This document shows, piece by piece, positions 13,927 through 26,672 of a stretch of DNA of 64,000 nt (its first letter is position 1; each line of letters begins with the position of its first letter). Position numbers and translations under genes: made by a program. Source of the stretch: Marsupella aquatica (Eukaryota; Plantae; Marchantiophyta). The DNA is taken from contig OZ316899.1 in NCBI GenBank assembly GCA_973895155.1, positions 5,397,241-5,461,240 on the forward strand. Reading direction: 5' to 3'. Under the pieces are notes generated by a model that ran no database searches, had not been told where the DNA came from, and saw nothing but the letters and a program-made list of their open reading frames with translations.

Positions 13927-15034
13927 ATAGAAGTCCGATTGTCGATATTCGATACTATTAAAATGGCATGTTGCGATGCTAGTAGTATCGGATATATGGT
14001 TTTTCAAATTTTATTTTACAAAGGCGTCCGATGTGGAGAGTATCGGAAAAAGGAGGTAAAATGTACTAGTGTGAAGGCAAGCTCAAAAATACTAGGTCCA
14101 GTTCCTCTGTTCAATCCCCTTTTGTATGTTGTGTAAGCTGCAATTTGACAGATGGCCCTATTTTGGTTGTTTTGCATCCCTTGCAGAGTCCAGCCCTCTT
14201 ATTCATTTGCCATGCTTTCATCCCAACATGCATTGACTCTTAACCTGTGCAATTTGGAATCATTGATTTCCAGCTTCTTTGCACTGCTCTGGAACATTTC
14301 ATGCAAACCAGTGTTATGTGTAATGGATAGTCCAAGGAAGTGGCAATAAAGCAATATCTGTTGTAACCTAAACTAAACCTTACCTTAAAACTGAGTTACA
14401 CTTGAGTACATTAACTCCAGGTTTGGGTTGATACCCAATGTTCCTACCCTACATCTATATAAAGAACCTACCAGAACAAGAAGCCCTAAATGATGAGTAA
14501 CAAGCCCATACTTTAGGAACTCTAGCCAAAAAATCAGAAAAACAACGAAAAAGTAAAAAAAAGTGCAAAAATTAGCACCTATTTTAGAACAAAAATATGG
14601 AGCGAACAAAATAAGACATAAACTAGCTATGTTTTGACGCCTAAAAATGACCAAATTCATCTGAAGTTACATCCCACCAATAAATGATCTCAAATACAAC
14701 ACTATTATCTACAATGGTCTCACAATTACACGAGCTGTCTCTTGAAACAACAACTAAATCACCTCCAAAAGCCATTGTCATTTAAAAACCAGAAAATAAA
14801 TTACTACAACTTAACCTGATACACATTATTGTGAAAAGAAGACAAGGAGAATAGAAATGACACCATCTAATTGAATTGAAACACAACCCACTAAGAAAAT
14901 ATTAAACTACAAATTTCTCAAGAAACTTTAACCATGAATTCATGAATAAGTGGTAAAGGCATTTTGAAAAATTGAAAATTTTCAAGTTATCTATGTTTTT
15001 CAATGGTAATGTCATAAACAATAACTACTTTTCA

Positions 15035-18000
15035 TTACTCAGATCCAGAAGTCCTCAATTCTTGAAACGAAATATCCCTAGATTTATCTCCTAGCGGGGT
15101 TCTAGCTGATCTATTCTCTTGTTCTTGCTCTTTCTCTTCTGCCAAAAATTCAGTCAATCGGATTTTGATTCGATCTACTGTCTTTTTGTATAATGTATCA
15201 GATTTTGTCAACATGAAGTTAAAAACAGTCGTGGAAGATAAATCAAGCTCTTGGTGAAACCATATTGGTTTCAAAGTTCCTTTCCCACGACCACTTTTCT
15301 TCTTTTCGTAGTTTAAGACTTCTGGTAAGTACTTGGATTTCCAAGGATCTGACCCGGTTTTTGCAGCATGCCATAAAACTTAAATCATTTTTGGAATGTT
15401 GAACTCGTCGCGCTGGTCAATTCTTTCCACCTTGGCCACCCAAAATGTTTCCGATTCTTCTCCAGCAACAGAAATATAAGTGTTGACTTCAAGATCCGAA
15501 AAGTCTCCTTCCATATTCTCCTTCTCTGCATCTATCTTTCCTTGATTCTGATAAGGACCCACGTATATATCTCTGGTAGGTCCATATACTCTCTCTTCAA
15601 TTTCCTCTTCATTGACAAGGACTCTGGGAACTTCAGCAGCAACAACAATCTCCCCTTTGGAGCGTGGCCATTGAAAAGGGAAAGTCAATGGTCTTTGATC
15701 AAGGAGCAAAGATTTATTCAATTCCCGTTGCTCTTCAAAAAACATTCTCCACCAGTTCACTTCCTCTTCTGAGAATAAAGTTTCAACTGCAAGTATTCCC
15801 TTTTGAATCTCATTTAACGAATCATCCATCTCCTTCAAAGTCATTCTTGAAGAACTAGACATATTTGGTTGAGTCCTTGTAACGTTCTTATCCCCCTTTT
15901 TGAAAAGGGGTAATCCGGGAGCACAACCCATCACCTTTTCTAGCTCCTCTTCCCTCAAAAATTTCACGCCTCCGTCAGGTTTCCAAGTTGAGTCCATGGA
16001 AAACTTCTTCCCCCATTGGGTTGGAACTTGATCTTCCAACTTGTCAAATGCAAATTTGTACTGGTGGTGGAAGGTAACATTTCGAATCCTTTCAATGACT
16101 AAAGGTGGATCTGAGAAGGCATATTGATGGAAATCATATGTTTCCTTTAAAAGAGTGATATTTGGTTGGGGTTGATATGATTCACAAATAATATCACATA
16201 GGCTTTCGTATGTGAATGCCTTAAACCTTGCTAGTCGTTTAGAAAATCGACTGAACATTTGATCTATTTGGTCGTGTGTGTGTCCAACCAACAAGAATCC
16301 TAGTTTGATTTTCCGAAAAACCTTTCTTCGAATCAACATATGAAGATAGGCAAAGAGTAAATTATTTTTATTTTCTCTACTGGTATTATCAAGTTGAAGA
16401 TAGGCAAAGAGTAAATTATTTTTATTTTCTCTACTGGTATTATCAAGTTGAAGATAGAGAACAGGCGGCAAGCCACCAGGCTTTTCTTCCCATTCGTGAA
16501 ACACCCTTTGCAGGATTGTGACTGTCAAGTTTCCATCATTATGTAATACAGGATAATTAAGAAACACTCTTGAAAATAGTGCACCATTGAAAACCAGGCA
16601 TCCGACAACGTGCATTTGGATCAAACATGTTTCGTCCACCGATTTTGGGGGCCGCGGCCAATGAGGCAACCTTGTCTTCTTCTGATCCATCCCATCAATG
16701 ACAACTCCCAAATATTTATCAGGATTTGAAAAAACATTTCTTACGATGCTTCGCGAGTTTCTCACGTTCTTTGGTTTGTTGGTCTCTATGTTTTTGTAAC
16801 ATAATTTCCCCTCGCCCTGGAAAAACAACTTGTTAGTTTCTTAAAAAAAATAGAAATTATGTGCTAAGCCATATCCTTGAAACAAAAACTTGTCAAACTT
16901 GTAAGTAACTTACTCTTTTCGGTCTCCGAGACAGCTTTGTCCTGAATTGATTTGAACTCCTCGCAATCCGCGCAAGCACTGAATCGATTGACTGGAGGAA
17001 TCTTCACATGACCAAATTCTTGATAGGATATTTTTGATGATTCATCAATCTTGGCATAGTTGGAGTCGTAGATCTTCCATACCTCCAGCTTTGAATAATT
17101 ATCCGGTAAATGTGAAACTTCTTTATTTGGCAATGTTTCAACGCGTGTCTCAAAAAATGACCTGAGCCAACTGACCAAGACTAATCTTTTAACAGATGGA
17201 GGGCGTCCAACTGGTTTAGAATATCCTAAGTCTTGGTTGTCTAATTTCAAAATTCTATTTAATCTATGATTGCCAACGCAAAATATAAGCTTGAAAGCTT
17301 TCCGACAAATACTCTTTTGACCAAACGTGTAAGATATAGTCTGCCTCCCTCCTTCATTTCCGTCTCGCTTTATAAGCCACTGCAAAGATAAAGACCGATC
17401 CTGAGATTTCTGCCTCAAAAATTTAGAACGCGCCTCACGAATTTCTTTTGGAGATAGACTTAGGAGACAATGACTCTGACAATAGTACGTACTATTTGTT
17501 TTCTTGATATCCTCCTCTTTCAACTTTGTTTCACACAAAGTGGCGTTGCTCGTACGTTTGTAACGACTAGATGCCACCGGAACATCATCATCCTCCCCAC
17601 TCTCCGAAGACTCGCTTTCATTCGATGATGAAATGGTCACCAACATTTGCTTCTGAACATGCCGAGATTCCAGACCTGCAGCCTTTGGAGATGGAGGCTC
17701 TTCCTTCACTCTATGCAACCTTGGAATACCTGGGCGTATTTCAGAAATCCCTCCATTACCGTGTAGGGACCCATTCAATATTTTCCTAGGGTCCCTCTCC
17801 ACCAGGTTGGTTACCCTGTTTGAGTTTCCGTGACTTGATCCGCTCGCTGCCCCAACACCATGACTCCTAGGTAAAACTGAGGAACGCACATTAGAATTCC
17901 TTTCTGGAATACTTTTCAATAACACTGGTCGTCTAGTTCTTCCCTCATCCCCCTATGAAATGTTTCTGACGTTGGCTTACCAAAGGTTTTACTTTTTGAC

Positions 18001-18454
18001 ATTTGCTTCAGCCGCTGAACACTTTGGAGACTGCAAAAATCTCTGTCATTTTCCCCACTTAGTGCCTTCTTCGTCTTTCCAAATCCAGTCTTCATGAATT
18101 CATGAGACCATTTCCCAAACATCCAAATAGGCATTGAACCTTCCAGATTACTCCCCAATTTTTCCTTTGTTGTTGACAAAGGAGATACAACTTGACGTCC
18201 AGGGGGACCAATACTCTCCAAGGAGTCAGAGGAGCTCCCTACCTCTCCTTACCACCGACCAATGATTTCTTCCCACTAATTGCAAGTCGTAAAGGACTAC
18301 GTTTTAACTTGCTCATAGGGGTGGGGGGTGGCATATCTAAAATAGTAGTTATTCCAGGGATATCTGGGCCAACCACTGTGCAGGGGCCATCCGACAATGA
18401 AACATCATCAGAAACTCCAACTGAATACTCATCTGATTCGTAACATGCCGCCAT
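15035..18454 (-). pseudogene. DDD-type transposase (Sola1/DUF7869-like), with intron, stop and frameshifts
   Basis: Motifs IDGMDQ, LYLQLDNTSRENKN, FLLVGHTHDQIDQMFS; upstream Cys motifs (CQSHC, ICRKAF, FSACADCEE). Spread over ORFs 18239-18454, 17916-18221, 16864-17925, 15380-16828 and 15035-15274. Confidence 0.85.
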
Positions 18455-19234
18455 TGGAAAAACTAGTGCAAATTGACAAGAAACTCAGAAAATCAGTAAA
18501 ATCTAACAAATCTTCTCAAAATAATGACCAAGAGTCATGAATAAACGAGCCTATTTATAGTTTTTCACAGATTGTTAGGACTTTTTAACTTCAAAAATAT
18601 CAAATATTCATTAAATTTACAAGCTTTTTCTCGTTAATACCCCGAAATATTCATGAATAATTGGCCCGAAAACATTGATTTATCATGATTTGGGGTAAAT
18701 TTTACTAAGTCGCGCCTGATCCGTGATTAGTATGTATAACCAAGGAACACGGGGCAGCCCATTCATTTTCACTCGATGTCATTTGGATTTCCTTTGTAAA
18801 AGAGTGAAAAACAATCTCGCTGTCCAATTTTGTGCCATTTTCAGCACTCATCGGCGACGTGTCGCGAGTTGTTGTGGTCGCGCTTCATTCCGACCCTACT
18901 TTAGGTAGTAATTTAGGCCCTGGGTGATTTCTTCACGTCACCCTCCCTCCGAACCCCATTTTGAATACCCTTCTGCATCACCGAGGTGTACAAGCAAAGA
19001 GAGAGGAGACTCCCTTCATGAATTCATGAAGGTCGGTGCGAGAGGGAGACTCCCTTCATGATTTCATGATAGGAGTCCTGGGGTGGCCGAGAGCGTTGTT
19101 AGATCCGTAAGGACACAGCTTTAGTAGCCATTTGTTGGCACATTCTTTGGTTCTGTGACACTTTGTCTTGCAGGTTGGGGTTCAAGTGGACTGATTTTGT
19201 GGTATGTTCTCAGGTTTGAAGATCAGGCAAAAAC

Positions 19235-22200
19235 ATGACAATGTCGCAGGAAGAGCTGGTGGATGACATCTTTTCGCGCCATCCTTTGACGGACTTCCAC
19301 AACTCATCCTTGACGATTTCCTTAGGGACGGAAACATGGAAGAAACCCTTCCTAATGCTGTGTGTATTTGAGGGGCTTCCATCGGGGGCATTAGGGTGGG
19401 TAAATTACGGCCGCATCGATGTATTTTGACGGGGCGACGAAGTTGTAAACATGTTGATCACAACGAAGGAAACGTCAACTTTGATTGTCGTGGATGTGGA
19501 GAGGTTTTCCAGAACGGCTGCCACCTGCTATCTCGATGAGGACATCGATAGCATCATTGAGACTATCAAGTCTCTTTCGAGTGAGGAACGTTACCACGAC
19601 TTCGCGGGAAAGATTTCCGGTTTTGTGTTCAAATTTCACGCTAGCACTTTAAAGAGTGCAATCCGAAAATCAAGAGAGATTCTCCGGAAAAGGTTGGCAG
19701 AGAAGGGGGTAAGTCGTCCACCCAAATTTGGGGCTTCCGGTGTTCCTTCTGGATCCAGGCCTAGCATTTTACCCGATGATATTTTGACCGTGGTAGCGCC
19801 TACAACCTCTCGGGAAGTAGCAGCATCTGGAGGGGGATCTCAAGTTGGCAGATCATCCCAGGGAACGGCTTTGACTGGTGGGTCGGCACAAGGTACGACT
19901 GGAACTCACACTTCTTCAAAGAAGCGACCTGCTATGACTCCTGAGCCTACCGAGCCTAGTGCTCCAAAGTCAAAAAAGAAGACTTTGGAGAAAATTCCAA
20001 CGCATTTGGAGCAAAAGGCTCAATCAATGTTAATGGATGCACGGGTATTGTACCAGGAGGAGATTCTGGGAAGATGTGGTGTTCAAGAGGAGACCGTGAT
20101 CGTTGACATTGGTCAACTTTACCCTCCAGTGAGAGAGAAGGCTGTGGGCTTTCCCATTTACCAGGTCCGACACATCCAACCATATTTCTTGACCCAATTG
20201 ACCTTGCGGATGAAGACTATAGGTGCCAGTCCACTTGCAGCTCTGTTTGTCCTCTTGGTGGATCCGAAGGAGTGTGCTACTAGGCAAGACTTTGATTTTT
20301 CAAGGAAAGCTGATTACCATTATTATGTGATTGGGGGCAACCATTCAGCCTGTGCCAAAGCAGACCTTGCTCTTCAGTTCCCTAACACCAAGGCATTTCA
20401 AAGAGTGCAATCTTGGATATTTGCTGGATTGAGTGTGCAAGAGGCAAGAAACCTGGCGTGGAGTCACAATATTGATTCTGAATTTCGACAACAGATGACG
20501 ACAATCCAGAGAGTAAATTATATTCACATGAGATTTGTGGAGAATGGATTGTCGTCCAACCAGGATTTCAAGAAAGAGTGTGCTACTGAAATCAATCTCA
20601 AGGATTGGGGTGTACGAAAGGATGCTGAGGTTCTTAATGCCAATGATAACTTATTTCAGTTGGCATTCCGACAAGATCCTGTGTGGTCATTTGTGAGGCA
20701 GATTTGTGACAAGTGGGAGATGTGTGAGATCAAAGGTCAAAAAGGAGACAAGGGCAAGAAGAAAGTCTCTAAGTCTGGAGATGCCAAATTGCCTTATGAG
20801 GACATGAAATTAACAGAGTGGAGACACATGCAGGCCTTGAAAGATCCTGATATGATTTGCCCAGTGTTATAGAGTTCTTACTAAAGAACTCTCTTTACAG
20901 GAAATGGGTCACGAATTTACTCGACACAAATTTCAGATGCAGGTGCAGAAGGCCTTCCTCACGTGTCTACACGAGGAGAGTTGGTTAGGTTGTAAAACCA
21001 AGTACCCTGAGCATTGCACAGACAATGTGCTTAAGAATTTTGTACCTGTTTTCCAGACATGGGTAAGATTCTGTCACCTTTCTTCGAGTGATTGTTTGAA
21101 TTCATTTAATATTTGGAATCCTTGTTTCTAATTGTACGGTTCCTTTTTGTAGAAAGATACCACCTCCCGGAAAAAGAAGGGAGATGAGGAAGGCAAAGAT
21201 CTCAAGTCATTCCCGGACAAATTCAATGCGCATATTGTGCAAGCGCAAAATTGGCTATCCATGAAGACTTCTAGTCGGCAAACCCAAGAGGGGGAACTTC
21301 ATCCAAATTCGTTTGAGCATCCAGAGTTTGGTGATGTGCACTATGATATTTTTACTCATGATGCTCAGCGATTACACGAGGTGGTTCCAGGTCGGGCTTA
21401 CACATTAGGTTTAGTGGATATTCCCTACGGGTTTGCATTGCCTGGATGTCTTCATGAGGACACTATTGGATGGGGAACTGAGGAGATCACAAAAATGGTC
21501 CAATCGTTCAAGGTGGCTACTACTGCAAAGTTGTGGCGTTTATCATTCACCACAGCCTTGACCAATATGAGGCCATCAAGACCGTTTTGAAAGCGGAGTG
21601 TAATGGAGGGTTCCAGAATTGTGTGTGGTAAGAAATATTTGTTTTTGAAAACAACTATTAGTTATTCATGATTTCATGAACCATGTTTCTAAGTTTAAAT
21701 GACTCCTTGACTTTTTGTGACTTTTCAGGGTTAAGGATAATGTGAAGAATGTTGGTGGGCCAAGATTGAACAGCAACTTTGAGTGCTTTACAATTGGCTT
21801 TCACAGCCAGGATGGTAAACGGTCATTGGAGCACTTCAATTTTGACACAAATGAATCAAGGAACAATGTGGTTGTATGCGCAGCTGTGACTAAGAAGCTG
21901 AAACACAACGGGGATAACAAGGCAGTGAATGTCTATCAGAAACCACGTGCATTGTTAGATTGGGAAGTGAGTCATTTTAGTAAGGTTGGAGACTGGGTTT
22001 TGGATATTTGTTCAGGATCAGGGACTGGGACAACCTCCTCCTTGGCCATGGGGAGACATTGCGTTGCCATTGAGATTGACGAGTGACAGAGCAGTGTGTT
22101 GAAAGGGAGGATTCTTAACCTTGCAGATAACATTGAAGAGGAAGACGGACAGGGGGAGACGGATGAGGAGAGTGAGGAAGACATTCCTCAGGCCGGAGAG

Positions 22201-22290
22201 GATAGCGTGGTTGACGATGCCACAATTGTTCCAGAATTGACGGTAGGGACTTCCGGGACCGAGGAAGGGGAAGTGGTCCCTTTGGATTAG
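19235..22290 (+). pseudogene. ParB/Srx-like domain fused to a beta-class N6-adenine/N4-cytosine DNA methyltransferase
   Basis: ParB-like YQVR...YYVIGGNHS...AWSHN. MTase motifs in beta order: LGLVDIPYG (IV), CVWVKDN across a splice junction, QKPRALL..FSKVGDWVLDICSGSGT..MGRHCVAIEIDE (X-I-II). Introns 21063-21152 and 21628-21728. In-frame TGA at 19427 and 22084, plus frameshifts. Confidence 0.85.
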
Positions 22291-23274
22291 ACTAGGTAAA
22301 TAGAGGGACTCGTAGCATTTGAAACCACTTGGGCTTAAGTTGGGTTATATTTTGTAAAACTTTGAGTTTGACTTAAACTCTGATCAATGAGTTTGATTTT
22401 GACTACTTTTATAAAGTGCATATTTCAAGGTTTATACAATTGTGAGAATATCATATAAGATATGCTTAGATTTTGGTGGTAAAATTCTCTTGAGTCTAGT
22501 TTGGAAAATACATACCATTTTTTTGTGGTTTTTTGGTACACATTTTTGAATATCATGAAGATTTTGAAAAGAGAAATAAGGCTTTGGACTCATCCCTTAA
22601 GGCTTCTTGTTCCAGGAGGAAATGGTAGTTATGCATATGTTGTATATGGAATCAAACACGTTATCAGCACAAGGCTCTTACATCAATTTTTTTTCAGATT
22701 CCATCAGTCATAGCATCCAAGGCTAGCAAGAATCCAATTGGTAGAAATCCCCTACATAGAATCCCTAATTGGATTATTTTTTTGCTTGAAACAAGAGATC
22801 AATCACTTCCAATCTTACCACTCTTAAACTTTTGAAGAGAAATTGAAGTTGTGGGGCTCAAATACAGCTTGTCAATTGAGGATTTGTTTTACTTTCTTTT
22901 CACAATTCCCTTATTGAGAAACTAGAAAGGGCAATTTAAGACACAAATCCATTGCACACCCAATCACGCAATTGTCACAACAAAACTTAGTCCAATCCCA
23001 TACAAATTACTTCAAATTATAGAACAATAAGAGGGAAACGGTTACCAGAGATGTTTGAGACACCACATTTCAAAGAAATTGATCACAACCAATCAAGGAG
23101 AATTTGATATATACAAAATTGATAATCAGAGAGAAGCAAGTGCAGAGATACTGCAACATTGAGCCCACTAGATAACTTCTAACTCTACACATTTACCTAA
23201 AACCTATCTCTCATTCATCCAGATTGAGGTTGCAATTTACATCAATTTAACATTAATCATGAAGCACATCCATA

Positions 23275-23550
23275 ATGACAACAAGCACTATAGAAAATCT
23301 CTTATTCCAAGCATTGAGCATTGATTGCTCAAACTATCTCTCGTGGTCCCTCGATGCAGAGGCACACCTCACCTCCAAGGATCTCCAGGACACTATACTA
23401 ATAGATAATGGCCCCACTCTGCAACAGAAGGCAAAGGCCTTAATACTAATCCGCCATCACCTAGCAGATTCACTCAAACGCCAATATATGAATGAATATA
23501 ACCCGCGTCGGCTATGGGACAAGCTCCACTCTAGATTCGATCACACCCGT
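23275..23550 (+). pseudogene. gag: Truncated Copia gag
   Basis: NYLSWSLDAEAHL..KAKALILIRHHL..LWDKLHSRFDH, very similar to the gag at 44827-45573. Confidence 0.85.
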
Positions 23551-25402
23551 ACCTCCCTTTGTACCAACCTCAAGTTTGGAAGTCGGGCCATATCTCTACA
23601 TCTACACCAGCAACAGCAGACAGCAAAATGGGCATGAAGGTTGTGACTTTGCACCACAGAAACGTACAAAGTCAAGACCAAGAAATGACAATTTTGTGCT
23701 ACGCACACACTTGGAAATCCCAAATTTCTGTCCCGCTACGAAGCTAAGAATCGAAGATGGAATGCAAAACAAAGAACCAAACGACCACAAACCTTGAAAA
23801 CCCACAAGGCATCAAACAGCAATGGAGCCTTCCTAACATGACACAAATATCTTTCTACTACAACATACATACACAAGAACAAAGACACACAAAGCAAAGC
23901 CGCTTCCACTCCCACGACTAAACATAGGACCAATTACAAAACACTTAGAAATTACAAACTTACATAAAGCTAATAGGAATGGTGACACTCTTTCCTCCTG
24001 AAGAAAGTAGGGAGGTTTTAATGAGGTTACATCCCTATATGCATAGATAATTACACAAAAACTGATAGACTAACAATCATAGGAACCATTCCAGGTTTAA
24101 TTTACTTAAGATGGATGCAACATTCACTTGCCATGTAACATCCAAGGGGGAGTGTTGTAACCTAAACTAAACCTTACCTTAAACCTGAGTTACACCTGAG
24201 TTACATTAACTCCAGGTTTGGGTTAATACCCCAAGTTCCTACCCTACATCTATATAAAGAACCTACTAGGAGGAAATGGTAGTTATGCATATGTTGTATA
24301 TGGAATCAAACAATATCAAAATATTGTCACTCTGTAAATTTGTATGTTGCATCTTATCACGAGTCCTTTTCCTAGACCACAACTGTAGAGTAGGGTTTAG
24401 GGAAAGATTAACTCTTTTCCTCTTAAACAACCAAAGTTCATTCCCATGAAGAGCTTGTGAGACCTAAAAGATTGTTCTAAAACACTTTGAGATAGTTAAG
24501 CTAACCTATCTCAGATTCTAAGCCTTTACCGACATGCTTAGGTCTGGTGAAAGGAATTTTTAATACATCCTTTGTCAGGTAGCGTGACATTTGTATCGTC
24601 TACAATGTAATAATTGTTCAACATCACAAATCATACCCCACACTTTACTCATCCAATACTTTATGTACATTGGGTTGTTGCTGAGGCGGTTGGTGGTATA
24701 ACCGCCTTATGTGTCCTAACCTTAGGTAGACTTATCCTAGGGGTTATAGCACTCCCCCTTGGATGCAGCTTTTATAGAGGTAAAGTTGCAGACATTTAAA
24801 GTCTACCTATGGAAAATTAAGTTATGTTCTCTCCTATTGTGTGGTAGGGTATCTTGTGTTAAAGGTGGGGTGTAACCTCATTAAAACCTCCTCTCCTTTC
24901 TTGTGGGAGGAAAGAGTATTACCACCCCTTCCTTTATTTTCCATAGAGAAATTTAAACTATGTAAGAGAATAATATGTTGTGAGTTGTTTTATGGTATTC
25001 TAAAGTATTTTGAAGTTGCTAACTCTAATTGTGTTATCTATAAAAGAACTGGACAGTTTGTGGTCGTTTGATAGATTAGAGTATTCAGTAGTGTGTGAAT
25101 ACGGTCTTGTGGAGATTAGGTTGCCACTTCCAGTCGCTCTGTGTTTGAGCTGTAAGCTTGGTAATGTTTGAGCGATCGGTATATGCGATTGTGGAGTGGG
25201 AAGATAGTGTCGGGGCGGTCGGGCGGTATGTGTGCGATGTCAATCGACTTTCGTTGCAGCATCGGGTGGAAGTCGTTCTGATGTCCGTCTGCCGATTGTG
25301 ATTCTATCTGCATTGAAGTCTTGCTCGATCGGTTTTGACTCGCTTCTGTTCATGGTCGCAGTGAAGTTCATGCTCCCCCTCAATCTGCTGGTTCTTTTGT
25401 TG

Positions 25403-25809
25403 TCAAATTTCCTGTGTCAGTTCAAGCAAACTACGCATCCCAATAGATTTAGTAAGCGCGGGATGTAGAACTGGGGGTAAGGATTTGGTGAATAGATCTG
25501 CGTTGTTTTCAGAGTTGGGGATCCATTGAACATTGATTGTATCTCCTTGTTGTTCATGTGCAAAGAAGAACTTGGGGGCAATATGCTTTGTCCTATCGCC
25601 TTTAATGAAGCTGAAATCTGTTCTATGCATGGTCGATTATCTTTGTAAATAACAGTGGGGGAACTTAGTTTAGGTATACCTGTGGTTTCTTGGATGTAAT
25701 TGATTATGTTACGTAGCCAGAGGCATTTGCGGCTTGCTTCATAGAGAGCTATAATCTCTGAGTGGTTTGAGGAGGTCGTAGTCAGGGTCTGTTTTGTGCT
25801 CCTCCACGA
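25403..25809 (-). pseudogene. pol: Copia RNase H
   Basis: SWRSTKQTLTTTSSNHSEIIALYEA...RTKHIAPKFFF...NNADLFTKSLP. Confidence 0.9.
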
Positions 25810-26672
25810 GAGGTGTTTACAAAAGGCAGCAAAATAGGAAACAAGAGTTCATAACAAAAACTGGTAACGGGGAAAAAGACTGGTAACAGGAAAATGGATG
25901 GCTCTTTCCTGCATGTTTTTCTGCAAAGTTTTCTTTTGGATTTTTTTTTTGGTAGCACCCGGCGCTGGTAAAACTAGAGCCGACAGTGAGGTGTTTAGGA
26001 AAGTTAATATAAGAAATTGGTAGCGGTAGGAATTCTCCAAGACTATTGCTAGTGTCGGGCACTGTGAAGAGTCTATAATATGTACCAATTGCACACTCGG
26101 AGGATATTTAATGAAGGGCGTTATGAAATAGTTGATCTTTGAACGCTATTTAACTTAGTAATAGTTAACCAAAACCTTTCAGTAGCGCCTGGCGCTACTA
26201 CTTTAATCCCACTAGGCAACCATCGTCTATTCCAGCCTCCTCACGATCAGTGTCTTGCCAGAAACCATCTAGTCGGAACTCCACATAAGTTTGCGATGGC
26301 TGTCGATGAATGGTCTCATCAAGAAATACCAAACTACCGCAAGACAAAGTCTAGAAATAAGAGGCAAAGACCCATGACCGTTCCTAGCAACTTCACCAAA
26401 TACGACAAAATAGGACGGAAACCAAAACATTTATGCAACCACAACCTAGAAAGAATCCACACCAAAGAACCCATAGAAAATTGGGAAGCGCCCAATGCTA
26501 GCAAATATTTAACCTGAGCATACGGCTTTACAAATCAACTTCAAGAATCGGAAATAAAAATATAAGAGTGATAGTATGTTTGAGGAGCGCCTGGCGCTAG
26601 TAAAACTTGAAAGGGCTTAAAATTACATATTGAAACATTAAATCACGTACTTGAAGAAAGCCCCATTGCTAC

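Larger units (their letters stand above)
12295..14071. mobile_element. Non-autonomous CACTA (En/Spm) element
   Basis: Termini CACTAGTACA...TGTACTAGTG, 3-bp TSD TGA (12292-94 and 14072-74), many subterminal TCCGAT/ATCGGA motifs. Confidence 0.93.
10977..14350 (-). pseudogene. 3' half of a MULE transposase (copy 2), interrupted by a CACTA
   Basis: SWIM finger CSCEEFYRRH..PCKHVYWVF matches the one near 39700. 14080-14240 reads ESMHVGMKAW..QNRAICQIAAYTTYKRGLNRGTGPSIFELA, matching ESVHAGMKAW..QNRAISQVAAYTAYRKGLSRGRGPTIWELA at 38416-38580. Confidence 0.8.
14475..22611 (-). mobile_element. Sola1-like (DUF7869-type) DNA transposon with cargo gene
   Basis: ~32-bp imperfect TIRs AACAAGAAGCCyTAA..GATGAGT. 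TSD CCAG, with the empty site reconstructable from the sister LTR (an alternative reading is 1-bp longer TIRs with a CA TSD). Superfamily inferred from the transposase motifs and the 4-bp TSD. Confidence 0.82.
14359..24312 (+). mobile_element. Internally deleted Bianca-type Ty1/Copia; its 5' LTR is split by the Sola-like transposon
   Basis: 5' LTR 14359-14474 plus 22612-22658; 3' LTR 24153-24312; TG..CA ends; TSD ATATC; PBS CGTTATCAGCAC at 22659; PPT CCAAGGGGGAG at 24142. Confidence 0.92.

Noticed and set aside
12561-14136. Repetitive ORFs (MGKSDAG.., DFPILLA..) or a possible CRISPR array
   Set aside because: These are translations of a 24-bp tandem repeat inside a CACTA. There are no unique spacers and no cas genes.
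14471-14475. Sola target CCAGG equals the CCWGG core of the MULE palindrome
   Set aside because: A single insertion site in a different element; probably coincidence.
19235-22290. Bacterial contamination, prophage or restriction-modification system
   Set aside because: The gene has GT-AG introns and lies between TIRs inside a plant Copia LTR with a TSD. No nuclease partner was seen.
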